From the NCBI GenBank assembly GCA_026128965.1, contig JAHCIY010000002.1, positions 1,640,108 through 1,704,107 on the forward strand: a stretch of 64,000 nucleotides of DNA, read 5' to 3'. Position numbers and translations under genes: made by a program. The notes under the pieces are model-generated. The model was not told the DNA's origin, did not search any database, and was given only the letters and a program-made list of their open reading frames with translations. Source of the stretch: Labilithrix sp. (GTDB lineage Bacteria; Myxococcota_A; Polyangia; Polyangiales; Polyangiaceae). This document shows, piece by piece, positions 55,279-64,000 of this stretch (position 1 is the first letter of the stretch; the number at the start of each line of letters is the position of its first letter).

Positions 55279-57501
55279 ATGCCCGAGGTGCGCCGAGTCG
55301 AAGCGTTCCTGCTCTCACGGGAGTGGCGCGACGCGGACGACGGCATCGACCTCGTCCTCTGGGCGAAGAGCGCCGACGGGCCCGTCCGCCTCCGCGTGCC
55401 GCGGCAGGAGGCGGTGATGTTCGTGCCGCGCGACGCCGTCACGCGCGCGGGGCGCCGCGTCGCGCGCGACCTCACGACCTTCGACGGGCGCCCGATCGAC
55501 GCGCTGTACTTCCGCTCGCGCCGCGCGATGTGGGACGAGCGCGACCGGATCCGCGAGGCCGGGTTCGAGACGCTCGAGTCCGACGTGAAGCCGTCCGATC
55601 GCTGGGTGATGGAGCGCTTCGTGACCGGCGGCCTCGCGATCGAAGGCCCCTGCCGCGAGCGGAGCGGCGTCCTCTACTTCGATCGCGGCGCGCGCGTCAC
55701 CGCGGCGGAGCTCCGCCCCGCGCTCTCGCTCCTCGCGCTCGACGTCGAGACCGACGGCTTCGGCGGCCCGCTCCTCTCCGCCGCGATCGCGACCGGCGCC
55801 GAAGAGCGCGTCTTCGTGCGGAGCCCCGCGCGTCCGGTCACGCACGCCGCCGCGATCGTGGTGCCCGACGAGCGCGCGCTCCTCGTCCGCCTCTTCGCCG
55901 AGATCGCGCGGATCGATCCCGACGTCGTGTGCGGCTGGAACGTGCTCGAGTTCGACCTCGCGCTCCTCGATCGACGCGCGCAGGAGCTCGGCGTCCCCTT
56001 CGCGATCGGACGCGGCGGCGAGCGCGCGCGCGTGATCGCGAGCACGACCGGCCGCGCGTCGATCGGGCGCGTCCCGGGGCGCGTCGTCCTCGACGGGATC
56101 GCGACGTTGAAGTCGGCGACGTACTCGTTCGATCGGTACACGCTCGAGGTCGTGAGCCAGGAGCTCCTCGGCCGCGGCAAGAAGATCGCGGCCGCGGTCG
56201 ACCCCGTCGCCGAGATCCGGCGCCTCCACGCCGAGGAGCCGGACGCGCTCGTCGACTACAACCTCGAGGACTGCCGTCTCGTCCTCGACGTCTTCCGCGC
56301 CGCCGACCTCGTCGGGTTCGCGGTGGAGCGCGCGCGCCTGACCGGGCTGCCGATGGACCGGCAGGGCGGCTCCGTCGCCGCGTTCGATCACCTCTACCTC
56401 CCGCGCGTCCATCGCCGCGGCTTCGTCGCGCGCGACGTCGACGCCGACGTCGAGATCCTGCCGAGCCCCGGCGGCCACGTCCTCGACTCGGCGCCGGGGC
56501 TCTACCACGACGTCCTCTCCTTCGACTTCCGCAGCCTCTATCCGAGCATCATCCGCACCTTCCAGATCGATCCGCTCGGCCTCGCCCAACCGGGCGCGGA
56601 TCCGGTCGCGGGCGAGGAGGGCGCGACGTTCGCGCGCGAGGGCGCGATCCTGCCCGCGCTCATCGCGAGCTTGCACGACGCGCGCAGCGCCGCGATCGCC
56701 TCGGAGAACGCCGCCCTCTCGCGCGCGATCAAGATCCTGATGAACTCGTTCTACGGCGTCCTCGGCACGCCGGGCTGCCGCTTCTTCGATCCGCGGCTCC
56801 CCACCTCGATCACGCGGCGCGGGCACGCGATCCTCTCGCGCGCGGGGCGCTTCTTCGAGGAGCGCGGGCTCACCGTCATCTACGGTGACACCGACTCGCT
56901 CTTCGTCGCGGGCGGCGATCCCGCGGCGGGGCCCGCGCTCGCGGCGGAGCTCACCGCGCGGCTCGCGACCGAGGTCCGCGCGGAGCATCGCCTCGAGAGC
57001 TTCCTCGAGCTCCGGTTCGAGTCGCGCTACGAGCGGTTCTTGATGCCGACCCTCCGCAACTCCGATCGCGGATCGAAGAAGCGCTACGCGGGCGCGGTGC
57101 GGAAGGCGCCGGACGGCGCGCGCTCCGTCGTCGTGCGCGGGCTCGAGGCGGTGCGGCGCGACTGGACCCCGCTCGCGCGCCGCGTGCAGCTCGAGCTCCT
57201 GCGCCGCGTCTTCGAGGACGAGCCGTTCGACGCGTGGCTCCTCGAGACCGCGCGTGACCTCGAGGCGGGCAAGCTCGACGCCGAGCTCGTCTATCACAAG
57301 CGAAAGAAGGAGAACGACGTCGCGGAGGAGCTCGTGCTCGTGATGACGACGCGCGGCCTCGAGCCCGCCGCCGCCCGCGCCGCGCCGATCGACTACGGTC
57401 ACTACCTCGAGAAGCAGCTCGCGCCGGTGTGCGACGTGATCCTCCCCTTCCTCGACACGTCGTTCGCGCGCATCGCGGGCACGCAGACCTCGCTCTTCTG
57501 A
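55279..57501 (+). CDS. polB: DNA polymerase II (family B)
   Basis: N-terminus aligns with E. coli PolB (..FLLSREWRDA..GIDLVLWAKSADGPVRLRVPRQEAVMFVPRD..). Exo motifs (LALDVETDG, YNLEDCRLV). Pol motifs DFRSLYPSII, KILMNSFYGVLG, YGDTDS. Confidence 0.9.
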   Translation: MPEVRRVEAFLLSREWRDADDGIDLVLWAKSADGPVRLRVPRQEAVMFVPRDAVTRAGRRVARDLTTFDGRPIDALYFRSRRAMWDERDRIREAGFETLESDVKPSDRWVMERFVTGGLAIEGPCRERSGVLYFDRGARVTAAELRPALSLLALDVETDGFGGPLLSAAIATGAEERVFVRSPARPVTHAAAIVVPDERALLVRLFAEIARIDPDVVCGWNVLEFDLALLDRRAQELGVPFAIGRGGERARVIASTTGRASIGRVPGRVVLDGIATLKSATYSFDRYTLEVVSQELLGRGKKIAAAVDPVAEIRRLHAEEPDALVDYNLEDCRLVLDVFRAADLVGFAVERARLTGLPMDRQGGSVAAFDHLYLPRVHRRGFVARDVDADVEILPSPGGHVLDSAPGLYHDVLSFDFRSLYPSIIRTFQIDPLGLAQPGADPVAGEEGATFAREGAILPALIASLHDARSAAIASENAALSRAIKILMNSFYGVLGTPGCRFFDPRLPTSITRRGHAILSRAGRFFEERGLTVIYGDTDSLFVAGGDPAAGPALAAELTARLATEVRAEHRLESFLELRFESRYERFLMPTLRNSDRGSKKRYAGAVRKAPDGARSVVVRGLEAVRRDWTPLARRVQLELLRRVFEDEPFDAWLLETARDLEAGKLDAELVYHKRKKENDVAEELVLVMTTRGLEPAAARAAPIDYGHYLEKQLAPVCDVILPFLDTSFARIAGTQTSLF

Positions 57502-57519
57502 CTCCGATTCCCGATCCCG

Positions 57520-58716
57520 ATGGACGAGCACGCGACGACCCCGGGCCGCATGATCGTCGCCCTCGCGCCGCCGGTGATGCTCGCGGGCGTGTCGGCGGGG
57601 ATGGCGTTCCCGATCCTCCCGAGCGTCGGGATGCGGGTCGGCTTGCCGGTCGCGTTCATCGGCCTCGTGCTCGCGGCGAACCGCATCGTCCGCGTGCTCG
57701 TGAGCCCGAGCGTCGGCTCGCTCATCGATCGCTTCGGCGGCCGCCGCGCGATGATCGCGGGCCTCCTCCTCCAGGCCGCGGGGATGATCGCCTTCGTCTT
57801 CGGCGTGACGACGGCGTACCCCGGCACGTTCTTCCTCGTGGGCCGGGTCCTCCACGGAATGGGCGGCGCCGGCGTGTTCATCGCCGCGCAGGCGCTCGCG
57901 CTCCACGGCGGCGGCCCCACGCACGCGGGCCGCGTCGCCGGCGCCGTGCGCGCCGCGATCCAGCTCGGCGTCCCGATCGGCCTCGTGAGCGCGGGCTTCC
58001 TCGCCGATCTCTCGAACGAGGTCGTGACCTTCGCCGCCGGCGCCGCGGGCGTGGCGCTCTCCGCGATCACGACGTTCGCGCTCGTCCCCGATCTCCGCGT
58101 GCAGGCGGCGCCGCGCACGCCGGTCGTCCGCGCGCTGCGGGAGATGGCGAACGCCCGCCTCGCCGCGCTCGGCGCGCTCGGGTTCGCGAGCGCGTTCGCG
58201 GGGTCGGGCGTGGTGCTCACCACCGTCGCGCTCCTCGTCCACGTCGAGCGGCTCTCCGCGTTCGGTCTTCCCGAGCGCGCGACGTCGAGCGTGCTCATGG
58301 GCTGGCTCGTCGTGACCGAGGCGGCGGCGATGCCGTGGCTCGGCCGCCTCGGCGACAAGAAGGACGTCCACGCCGAGGTCGCGCTCGCGGGGCTCCTCTT
58401 CACGATCCCGGGCCTCGTCGTGCTCGCCTTCGCGGTGCGCGTCCCGACCGTCGCGCTCGGGATGGGGATCCTCGGCGTCGGGGTCGCGGGGATGGGCCCG
58501 TCGCTGCTCGCGCTCCTCGGGCGCATCGTTCCCCCCGAGCGCCGCGGCCTCGGCATCGGCGCGCTGCAGGTCGCGTCGGACATCGGCGGCGCGCTCGGAC
58601 CGCTCGCCGGCAGCGCGCTCTTCGCCGGCTCGCTCGCGACCCCTTACCTCGTCGCCGCCGCCGTCAACGCGCTCTTGCTCCCGTTCGGATGGTCCCTCGT
58701 TCGCCGCACGCGCTAG
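57520..58716 (+). CDS. MFS transporter
   Basis: 12 transmembrane segments. GSLIDRFGGRR MFS loop motif. Confidence 0.85.
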   Translation: MDEHATTPGRMIVALAPPVMLAGVSAGMAFPILPSVGMRVGLPVAFIGLVLAANRIVRVLVSPSVGSLIDRFGGRRAMIAGLLLQAAGMIAFVFGVTTAYPGTFFLVGRVLHGMGGAGVFIAAQALALHGGGPTHAGRVAGAVRAAIQLGVPIGLVSAGFLADLSNEVVTFAAGAAGVALSAITTFALVPDLRVQAAPRTPVVRALREMANARLAALGALGFASAFAGSGVVLTTVALLVHVERLSAFGLPERATSSVLMGWLVVTEAAAMPWLGRLGDKKDVHAEVALAGLLFTIPGLVVLAFAVRVPTVALGMGILGVGVAGMGPSLLALLGRIVPPERRGLGIGALQVASDIGGALGPLAGSALFAGSLATPYLVAAAVNALLLPFGWSLVRRTR

Positions 58717-58785
58717 CGCTGGGCCGCGCGGCGAGATGGTACGTTGTGCTCACCGATGTGGTTTCGGCGCAACGGCTCCGGGGGC

Positions 58786-59430
58786 ATGAAGATCCTCGTC
58801 GCTCTCGTCTCCATCCTCGGGAGCTCGTGCGATCTGAGCGGGCTCACGGGCGGCGAGCGCGGGCCCTGGGCGTGCCTCGGACGAGAGACGCCGATCGAGC
58901 CGGTCGTGGTCCCGTACAGGGTGCACCTTCGCCGGCTCGTTCCGCCGAATCCGCCGCTCGTCGGAGTGCCGATCAAGGCGTGCGACGTGTTCGACGCCGC
59001 CTGCACCTCACCCGTCGACGTCCCGGCGCGCACGGACGAGACGGGGCGCCTCGACATCTCGCTGACGAGCGGCTTTCGCGGATTCCTCGAGATCGAAGCG
59101 CCCCCGACCCAGCCGGACCTCGTCCCCGGCATCATTTACGCCCTCCCCGTTCCCGACAAGAGCGCGCCCAAGAACGAGATCCGAACGTTCTCGCTGCCGA
59201 CGAAATCGGAGCTCGCGGCGCTGGTCGGAGACATCGTCAGTCCGGACCATGGTCACGTGTTCGTTGCGACGTTGGACTGCGATGAGGCGCCCCTGGCGGG
59301 AGTGACGGTTCAGGCCGAGCCGAAGGCGCCCGAGACCGTGGCCTACTACCTGGACGCGGTGGGCACGCCGAGCGCGACGCAGACGAAGACGTTCGCGAGG
59401 ATGGGCGGCAGATTGCCTTCTACAATGTGA
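58786..59430 (+). CDS. lipoprotein, hypothetical
   Basis: MKILVALVSILGSSC signal. The listed TTG 58744 start is less likely. Confidence 0.55.
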   Translation: MKILVALVSILGSSCDLSGLTGGERGPWACLGRETPIEPVVVPYRVHLRRLVPPNPPLVGVPIKACDVFDAACTSPVDVPARTDETGRLDISLTSGFRGFLEIEAPPTQPDLVPGIIYALPVPDKSAPKNEIRTFSLPTKSELAALVGDIVSPDHGHVFVATLDCDEAPLAGVTVQAEPKAPETVAYYLDAVGTPSATQTKTFARMGGRLPSTM

Positions 59431-59495
59431 TGGTCCGCGCCGGCCACATCACGTGGCTCGTCATGACACCCACCGCGTAGAGGCAGCGCTTCGTC

Positions 59496-60824
59496 GTGTC
59501 CACGAGAGACATTCCGACCGTCACCGTGATGCGTCCCGACGCGGCCCTCCTCCCGTCGCTGCGGCTCGAGGTGGTGGGCGCTTCCTCCGACCAGTCCATT
59601 CCGCTCGGTCTCGAGCCGGTGACGATCGGCAGCGGCCCCGAGTGCGACTTGATCCTCGACGACCGTCGCGTCTCGCGGCGTCACTGCTCGATGCAGGTGT
59701 CGGAGGACGGGCTCGTGTTGCGCGATCTGGGGAGCAAGAACGGGACGTTCGTCGGAGACGTCCGGGTGCGTGAGGTGCTGTTCGCTCCCGACGTGTTCGT
59801 CAGCGCGGGCGGCGTGCAGCTCGTGGTGCGTGCGACCGGGAGCCCCACGCTCGTCGAGCTCTCCGTCAACGCCCGATTCGGCGACGTCGTCGGAGGATCG
59901 ACCGTCATGCGCGCCCTCTTCGCCAAGCTCGCGCGGGCCGCGGCGCTGAAGGAGACCATCTTCCTTCGGGGCGAGTCGGGCACGGGCAAGGAGCTCCTCG
60001 CCGCGGGGATCCACGCGAACAGCCCGCGCAAAGACGGTCCGTTCGTCATCTTCGATTGCGGCGCGGTCGCTCCGAGCCTCGTCGAGTCGGAGCTCTTCGG
60101 ATCCGTTCGTGGAGCCTTCACCGGCGCGACGGATCGCGCCGGCGTCCTCGAGTCGGCGCGGGGCGGCACGCTCTTCCTCGACGAGATCGGAGAGCTGCCG
60201 CTCGACTTGCAACCGCGGCTCTTGCGCGTCCTCGAGTCGAAGCAATTTCGGCGCGTCGGCGCCAACGCCTACGTGCCGTTCGACGCGCGCGTCATCGCCG
60301 CGACCCACCGCGATCTCCGCGCCGGGATGCGAAGCGGGACCTTCCGCGAAGACCTGTTCTACCGCCTCGCGGTGGTCGAGGTCTCCGTGCCGCCGCTGCG
60401 CGATCGCGGGGAAGACCTCGAGCTCCTCATCGAGTTGTTCCTCGCGCGCCTCTCCCCGCCGCGGACGATCGCGGACTTGCCTCCGAACGCGATGCGCATG
60501 CTTCGCTCGTACGATTTCCCCGGCAACGTGAGGGAGCTGAACAACGTCTTGCTACGGCTCGTGACGTTTCCAGAGCTCGGCGCGGAGGCGTTCGACACGG
60601 TCGGCGCCGCGGAGACCTCGCGTCCGCACCCCGAGCTCTTCGAGCTCCCGTATCTCGATGCTCGCGATCGTGTCCTCGAGAGCTTCGACTGCGCGTACCT
60701 TCGAAAGAGGCTCCAAGAGAACGGCGGGAGGGTGGCGGTGGCAGCGAACGCATCGGGGGTGACGCGGCAGTTCTTCTATCGCCTGCTCCATCGCTACGGC
60801 ATGCGCCGGGACGACGAGGAGTGA
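59496..60824 (+). CDS. sigma-54-dependent transcriptional activator with an N-terminal FHA domain (no receiver domain)
   Basis: FHA (VTIGSGPECDLILDDRRVSRRHCSMQVSEDGLVLRDLGSKNGTFV). AAA+ (GESGTGKELLAAGIH, GAFTGA, ESELFG). C-terminal HTH. Confidence 0.85.
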   Translation: MSTRDIPTVTVMRPDAALLPSLRLEVVGASSDQSIPLGLEPVTIGSGPECDLILDDRRVSRRHCSMQVSEDGLVLRDLGSKNGTFVGDVRVREVLFAPDVFVSAGGVQLVVRATGSPTLVELSVNARFGDVVGGSTVMRALFAKLARAAALKETIFLRGESGTGKELLAAGIHANSPRKDGPFVIFDCGAVAPSLVESELFGSVRGAFTGATDRAGVLESARGGTLFLDEIGELPLDLQPRLLRVLESKQFRRVGANAYVPFDARVIAATHRDLRAGMRSGTFREDLFYRLAVVEVSVPPLRDRGEDLELLIELFLARLSPPRTIADLPPNAMRMLRSYDFPGNVRELNNVLLRLVTFPELGAEAFDTVGAAETSRPHPELFELPYLDARDRVLESFDCAYLRKRLQENGGRVAVAANASGVTRQFFYRLLHRYGMRRDDEE

Positions 60825-61642
60825 GCCGCAACCGATCGTGCACGGCGTTGCTCGTCCTGGTCTCGTTCTCCGGGATCGCGTCGTTCTCCGGGATCGCGAG
60901 CGCGGAGAGCAACAAGGCGCGATGCAAGGCCTCGTATGAAGGTGCGCAGCGGACGAAGCGCGACGGCGACATCGTCGCCGCGCGCGCCGACCTCGAGACC
61001 TGTCTCGAGACGTGCCCGGCCGCGCTGACGAAGGACTGCAAGGCCTGGCTCCACGAGATCGACGCGCTCATGCCGACGGTGCGTTTCAGCTTGCGCGATC
61101 GACGAGGTCGTCCCGTCATCGACGCGAGCGTCGTGATGGATGGAACGAAGATCGCGGCGGTCGTCCCCGCCGAGGCGATGACGCTCGAGCCGGGCGATCA
61201 CGTCTTTCGTTTCGAGCGAGGCGACTCCACCTCGGAGGAGGTGCGGCTGACGCTGAAGCCGGCGGAGCATGATCGTCTCGTCGCCGCGTTGATCGATCTG
61301 CCCGCGCCGCCGCCGGCGCGGCCGCCGGTGGAGCGGCCCAGTCGGACGCCTTCGCTCGCGCTCGGCGCGGCGGGGATCGGGCTCCTCGCGACCGCGGGCG
61401 TGCTCACGACGATGGGGCATCTGCAGCGCGCGGACCTGCGCGACACCTGCGCGCCGTCGTGCGCCGCTTCGGACGTCACGACGATCAAGACGCTCTGGTG
61501 GACGTCCGGCGTCCTCGCCGGCGCCGGCGTCGTCTCCATGGCACTCGCCGCCTTCCTCTGGCCGTCCTTCTCCGCCGCGCGCGCGCAAGCGGTCCTCGTG
61601 CCGCTGCCCGGTGGCCTCGCCGTCCAGGCGAGGTTGCCTTGA
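60821..61642 (+). CDS. secreted protein with a C-terminal membrane anchor, hypothetical
   Basis: GTG start overlapping the activator gene stop. Signal peptide containing an 18-nt direct repeat (FSGIAS x2). C-terminal transmembrane segments. Confidence 0.55.
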   Translation: MSRNRSCTALLVLVSFSGIASFSGIASAESNKARCKASYEGAQRTKRDGDIVAARADLETCLETCPAALTKDCKAWLHEIDALMPTVRFSLRDRRGRPVIDASVVMDGTKIAAVVPAEAMTLEPGDHVFRFERGDSTSEEVRLTLKPAEHDRLVAALIDLPAPPPARPPVERPSRTPSLALGAAGIGLLATAGVLTTMGHLQRADLRDTCAPSCAASDVTTIKTLWWTSGVLAGAGVVSMALAAFLWPSFSAARAQAVLVPLPGGLAVQARLP

Positions 61643-61671
61643 GCGAGCTGATTCGAACCCCCGCCGCCGCG

Positions 61672-63039
61672 ATGCGCGCGCAACGACAGGGCGCGCCGGA
61701 GCGACGCATCGGGCGCTACGAGATCTTCGGTGAGCTCGCCTCCGGCGGGATGGGCGCCGTCCACTTCGGGCGAATCGTCGGCGACGCCGGTTTCGCGCGC
61801 GTCGTCGCGATCAAGCGTCTTCATCCGCAGTATTCGCGCGAGGCGAGCTTCGTCGAGATGTTCGTCGACGAGGCCCGGCTCGCCGCGCAGATCCATCACC
61901 CGAACGTGATCGCGACGCTCGACGCGGTCGCGGAGGACGGCGAGCTGCTCCTCGTCATGGAGTACGTCGCCGGCGCTTCGCTCGCGAGCCTCTTGCGCAC
62001 GTACCTGCCGCGCGGGGCGCGTGTTCCGCCGAAGATCGCGCTCCGGCTCGCCAGCGACGTCCTCTACGGTCTTCACGCCGCGCACACGGCGACGAACGAG
62101 GACGGCGCTCCGCTCCAGATCGTCCATCGGGACGTCTCGCCTCAGAACATCCTCGTCGGCAGCGACGGCCTCGCCCGCATCCTCGACTTCGGGATCGCGA
62201 AGGCGGCGAACCGGCTCCACGCCACCACCGGCGATCAGATCAAGGGAAAGCTCGCGTACATGGCGCCCGAGCAGTTGCTCGACGGGGAGGTGGGGCCGCA
62301 GACCGACGTCTACGCGGCGTCGGTGGTCCTCTGGGAGTGCCTCACGGGCGAGCGTCTCTTCGCGGCGAGCAACAGCGGCGCGATGATGGCGAAGGTGTTG
62401 GAGGCGCCCGTCCTCGGGCCGCGCAGCCGCGTTCCGGAGATCGACGAAGGGCTCGACGCGCTCGTGCTGCGCGGCCTCGCGCGCGATCCGGCCGCACGTT
62501 TCCAGACCGCGCGCGAGATGGCCAACGCGCTGGAGACGCACGGGCCGGTCGCGCTCGCGAGCGAGGTCGCGGAGTGGGTCGAGGAGGTCGCGGCGGGTCA
62601 GCTCGCCGAGCGCGCCGAGCGCCTCGCGACCGCGACCGCGACCGCGGTGACGCGCGAGACGCCGAAGCCGCTTCGAGACCCGCCGGTCGAGCTCGCGGCG
62701 CCGAGCCCGGTCGCGTCGCCTCCTCGTGCGAAGTGGCCTCTTCGTCTCGCGGTCGTCGTCGCGCTCCTCGTCGGGCTCGCCGTCGCCGGTGCGCGACTCA
62801 TGCCGCGCTCGACGCCGATCGCGGCGCCGAGCTCGTCGGTCGCCGCCGTCGCGCCGGCGGCGTCGCCGGCCGTGTCCCTCCCGGAGCGCGCGTCGTCCTC
62901 CGCGCCGGCTCCGTCGGCGCCGGCGCCGGCGTCGGCGCGGGCTCCGGCGACACGGCTCAAGCCCGCGAAGCGAAGCTGCGACCCGCCCTACATCGAAGAC
63001 GCCACCGGCATCCGGGTCGTGAAGCCCGAATGCCTCTGA
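61672..63039 (+). CDS. Ser/Thr protein kinase with a Pro/Ala-rich linker, transmembrane segment and conserved Cys-bracketed C-terminal tail
   Basis: GGMGAVHFG, VAIKRL, HRDVSPQNILV, DFGIAKA, LAYMAPE. C-terminal ...CDPPYIEDATGIRVVKPECL. Alternative TTG start at 61639 overlaps the upstream stop. Confidence 0.85.
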   Translation: MRAQRQGAPERRIGRYEIFGELASGGMGAVHFGRIVGDAGFARVVAIKRLHPQYSREASFVEMFVDEARLAAQIHHPNVIATLDAVAEDGELLLVMEYVAGASLASLLRTYLPRGARVPPKIALRLASDVLYGLHAAHTATNEDGAPLQIVHRDVSPQNILVGSDGLARILDFGIAKAANRLHATTGDQIKGKLAYMAPEQLLDGEVGPQTDVYAASVVLWECLTGERLFAASNSGAMMAKVLEAPVLGPRSRVPEIDEGLDALVLRGLARDPAARFQTAREMANALETHGPVALASEVAEWVEEVAAGQLAERAERLATATATAVTRETPKPLRDPPVELAAPSPVASPPRAKWPLRLAVVVALLVGLAVAGARLMPRSTPIAAPSSSVAAVAPAASPAVSLPERASSSAPAPSAPAPASARAPATRLKPAKRSCDPPYIEDATGIRVVKPECL

Positions 63040-63144
63040 CGGATCGGTGTACGGATTCGTTGTCAGACGCGAGCGTCGAAGCCGCTCGCGCTTCGAGCGG
63101 ACCGCTCCAGCGTGCACGGCACGGGCGTTGCCCATACGAGAGGC

Positions 63145-64000
63145 ATGACGAGCTCTTCGTGCAGGTTTCTCGGCTCCTTGACGCTCTGTGCGGTCCTCGC
63201 GGGCTGCGGGGTCGTGTCCGACGGTGAGCGCACGCGTCTCGATCGCTCGTCACCGGAGAAGGATGGGAGGGCCGCGTCCGGCGACGCGCCGCGAGCCCCC
63301 GCCGAGGAGCCGCTCCCCGCGAGCTCGGGGCGCATCCGCATCCATTACCCCGCGGGCGGAGCGACGATCGCGCTCGCGGCGGACGGTGGCGGCGATCTCG
63401 GAGCGCTGACCGCGGTGGAGGACGACGTCTGGGAGCTGACGCTCGAAGACGTTCGCGAGCCGGTCGCGTTCCGGCCGACGCGCGACGGGAGCCCGGCCAA
63501 GGGGCCGCCCTACGTCGTGGAGCCGGGGCAGTCGGTCGAGGTCTACCCGTGGTTCGACCACGAGACGGGGACGCTCGCCGGCTTCGCCGATGCCTTCGCG
63601 TCGCGCGTCCTGAAGAACACCCACGGCGTTCGCATGTACACGCCGCCCAGCTATCGAGAGAACACGGCGAAGCGCTACCCGGTCATCTACATGCACGACG
63701 GTCAGATCATCTTCGAGCGGAACATGGCGCCGCTCGAGGACTCGCTCGCGAAGGCGTCCTTCGGCAGCTTCAAGACCGAGACGACGATGAACGCGGAGAT
63801 CGCCGCCGGTCGAATTCCAGAGGCGATCGTCATCGGCATCGATCTCAACATCGTGCTCGACCCGCGCGATCCGATCCCCGATCGGGTGAAGGAGTACTCT
63901 CCCACGCCCGACGACGCCTTCGCCGAGACGACGGGGACCGGGCAGGGGCCGCAGTACCTCCGCATGATCGTCGACGAGCTCAGGCCGGTCGTGAACGAGA
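63145..64000 (+). CDS. esterase-family (enterochelin-esterase-like alpha/beta hydrolase) lipoprotein, 5' part (continues beyond the window)
   Basis: Lipobox LAGCGV. ...RYPVIYMHDGQ... is typical of the PF00756 esterase family. GAGAGG ribosome-binding site. The frame is open to the window end. Confidence 0.75.
   Translation, partial: MTSSSCRFLGSLTLCAVLAGCGVVSDGERTRLDRSSPEKDGRAASGDAPRAPAEEPLPASSGRIRIHYPAGGATIALAADGGGDLGALTAVEDDVWELTLEDVREPVAFRPTRDGSPAKGPPYVVEPGQSVEVYPWFDHETGTLAGFADAFASRVLKNTHGVRMYTPPSYRENTAKRYPVIYMHDGQIIFERNMAPLEDSLAKASFGSFKTETTMNAEIAAGRIPEAIVIGIDLNIVLDPRDPIPDRVKEYSPTPDDAFAETTGTGQGPQYLRMIVDELRPVVNE

Noticed and set aside
1-64000. tRNA, rRNA, transposase, integrase and phage genes
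   Set aside because: None could be recognised. Intergenic regions are short (mostly under 170 nt) and none shows tRNA-like acceptor/anticodon stem periodicity. No DDE or tyrosine-recombinase motifs were seen in any frame I read.

Overview
This 64-kb window is a roughly 70% GC chromosomal segment with a myxobacterial gene repertoire, most likely Sorangiineae- or Nannocystineae-like (Myxococcota). Supporting features are FHA-sigma54 activators, several eukaryote-like Ser/Thr kinases, an ECF sigma factor, AgmX/PglI-type C-terminal domains, many lipoproteins, and Lys/Ala-rich tails. I call about 65 protein-coding genes with near-complete coding density. No rRNA, tRNA, CRISPR array, transposase or integrase could be identified by eye. 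Recognisable housekeeping genes are mqo (3' part), selO, an EF-G gene, polB, a ClpP paralog, a fatty-acid desaturase, an M28 peptidase and a B12-binding radical SAM enzyme. The rest is largely secreted lipoproteins and small regulators (Rrf2, ECF sigma, AraC-HTH, OmpR-type winged-helix/TPR, multi-receiver protein). Because of the GC content every frame contains long Arg/Ala/Pro-rich shadow ORFs, which I rejected. Start codons are approximate. The observations I would look at first are a 7-nt triplicated repeat that frameshifts a beta-propeller lipoprotein gene; an ECF-sigma/Ser-Thr-kinase/Coq4-like/Hsp70-like four-gene operon; an orphan B12-radical-SAM gene beside a low-GC3 two-gene islet; a truncated-haemoglobin/Rrf2/flavoprotein cluster with an AT-rich palindrome; and a 49-aa Cys-rich metallothionein-like ORF. 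The window also contains several exact tandem duplications and two low-GC patches.
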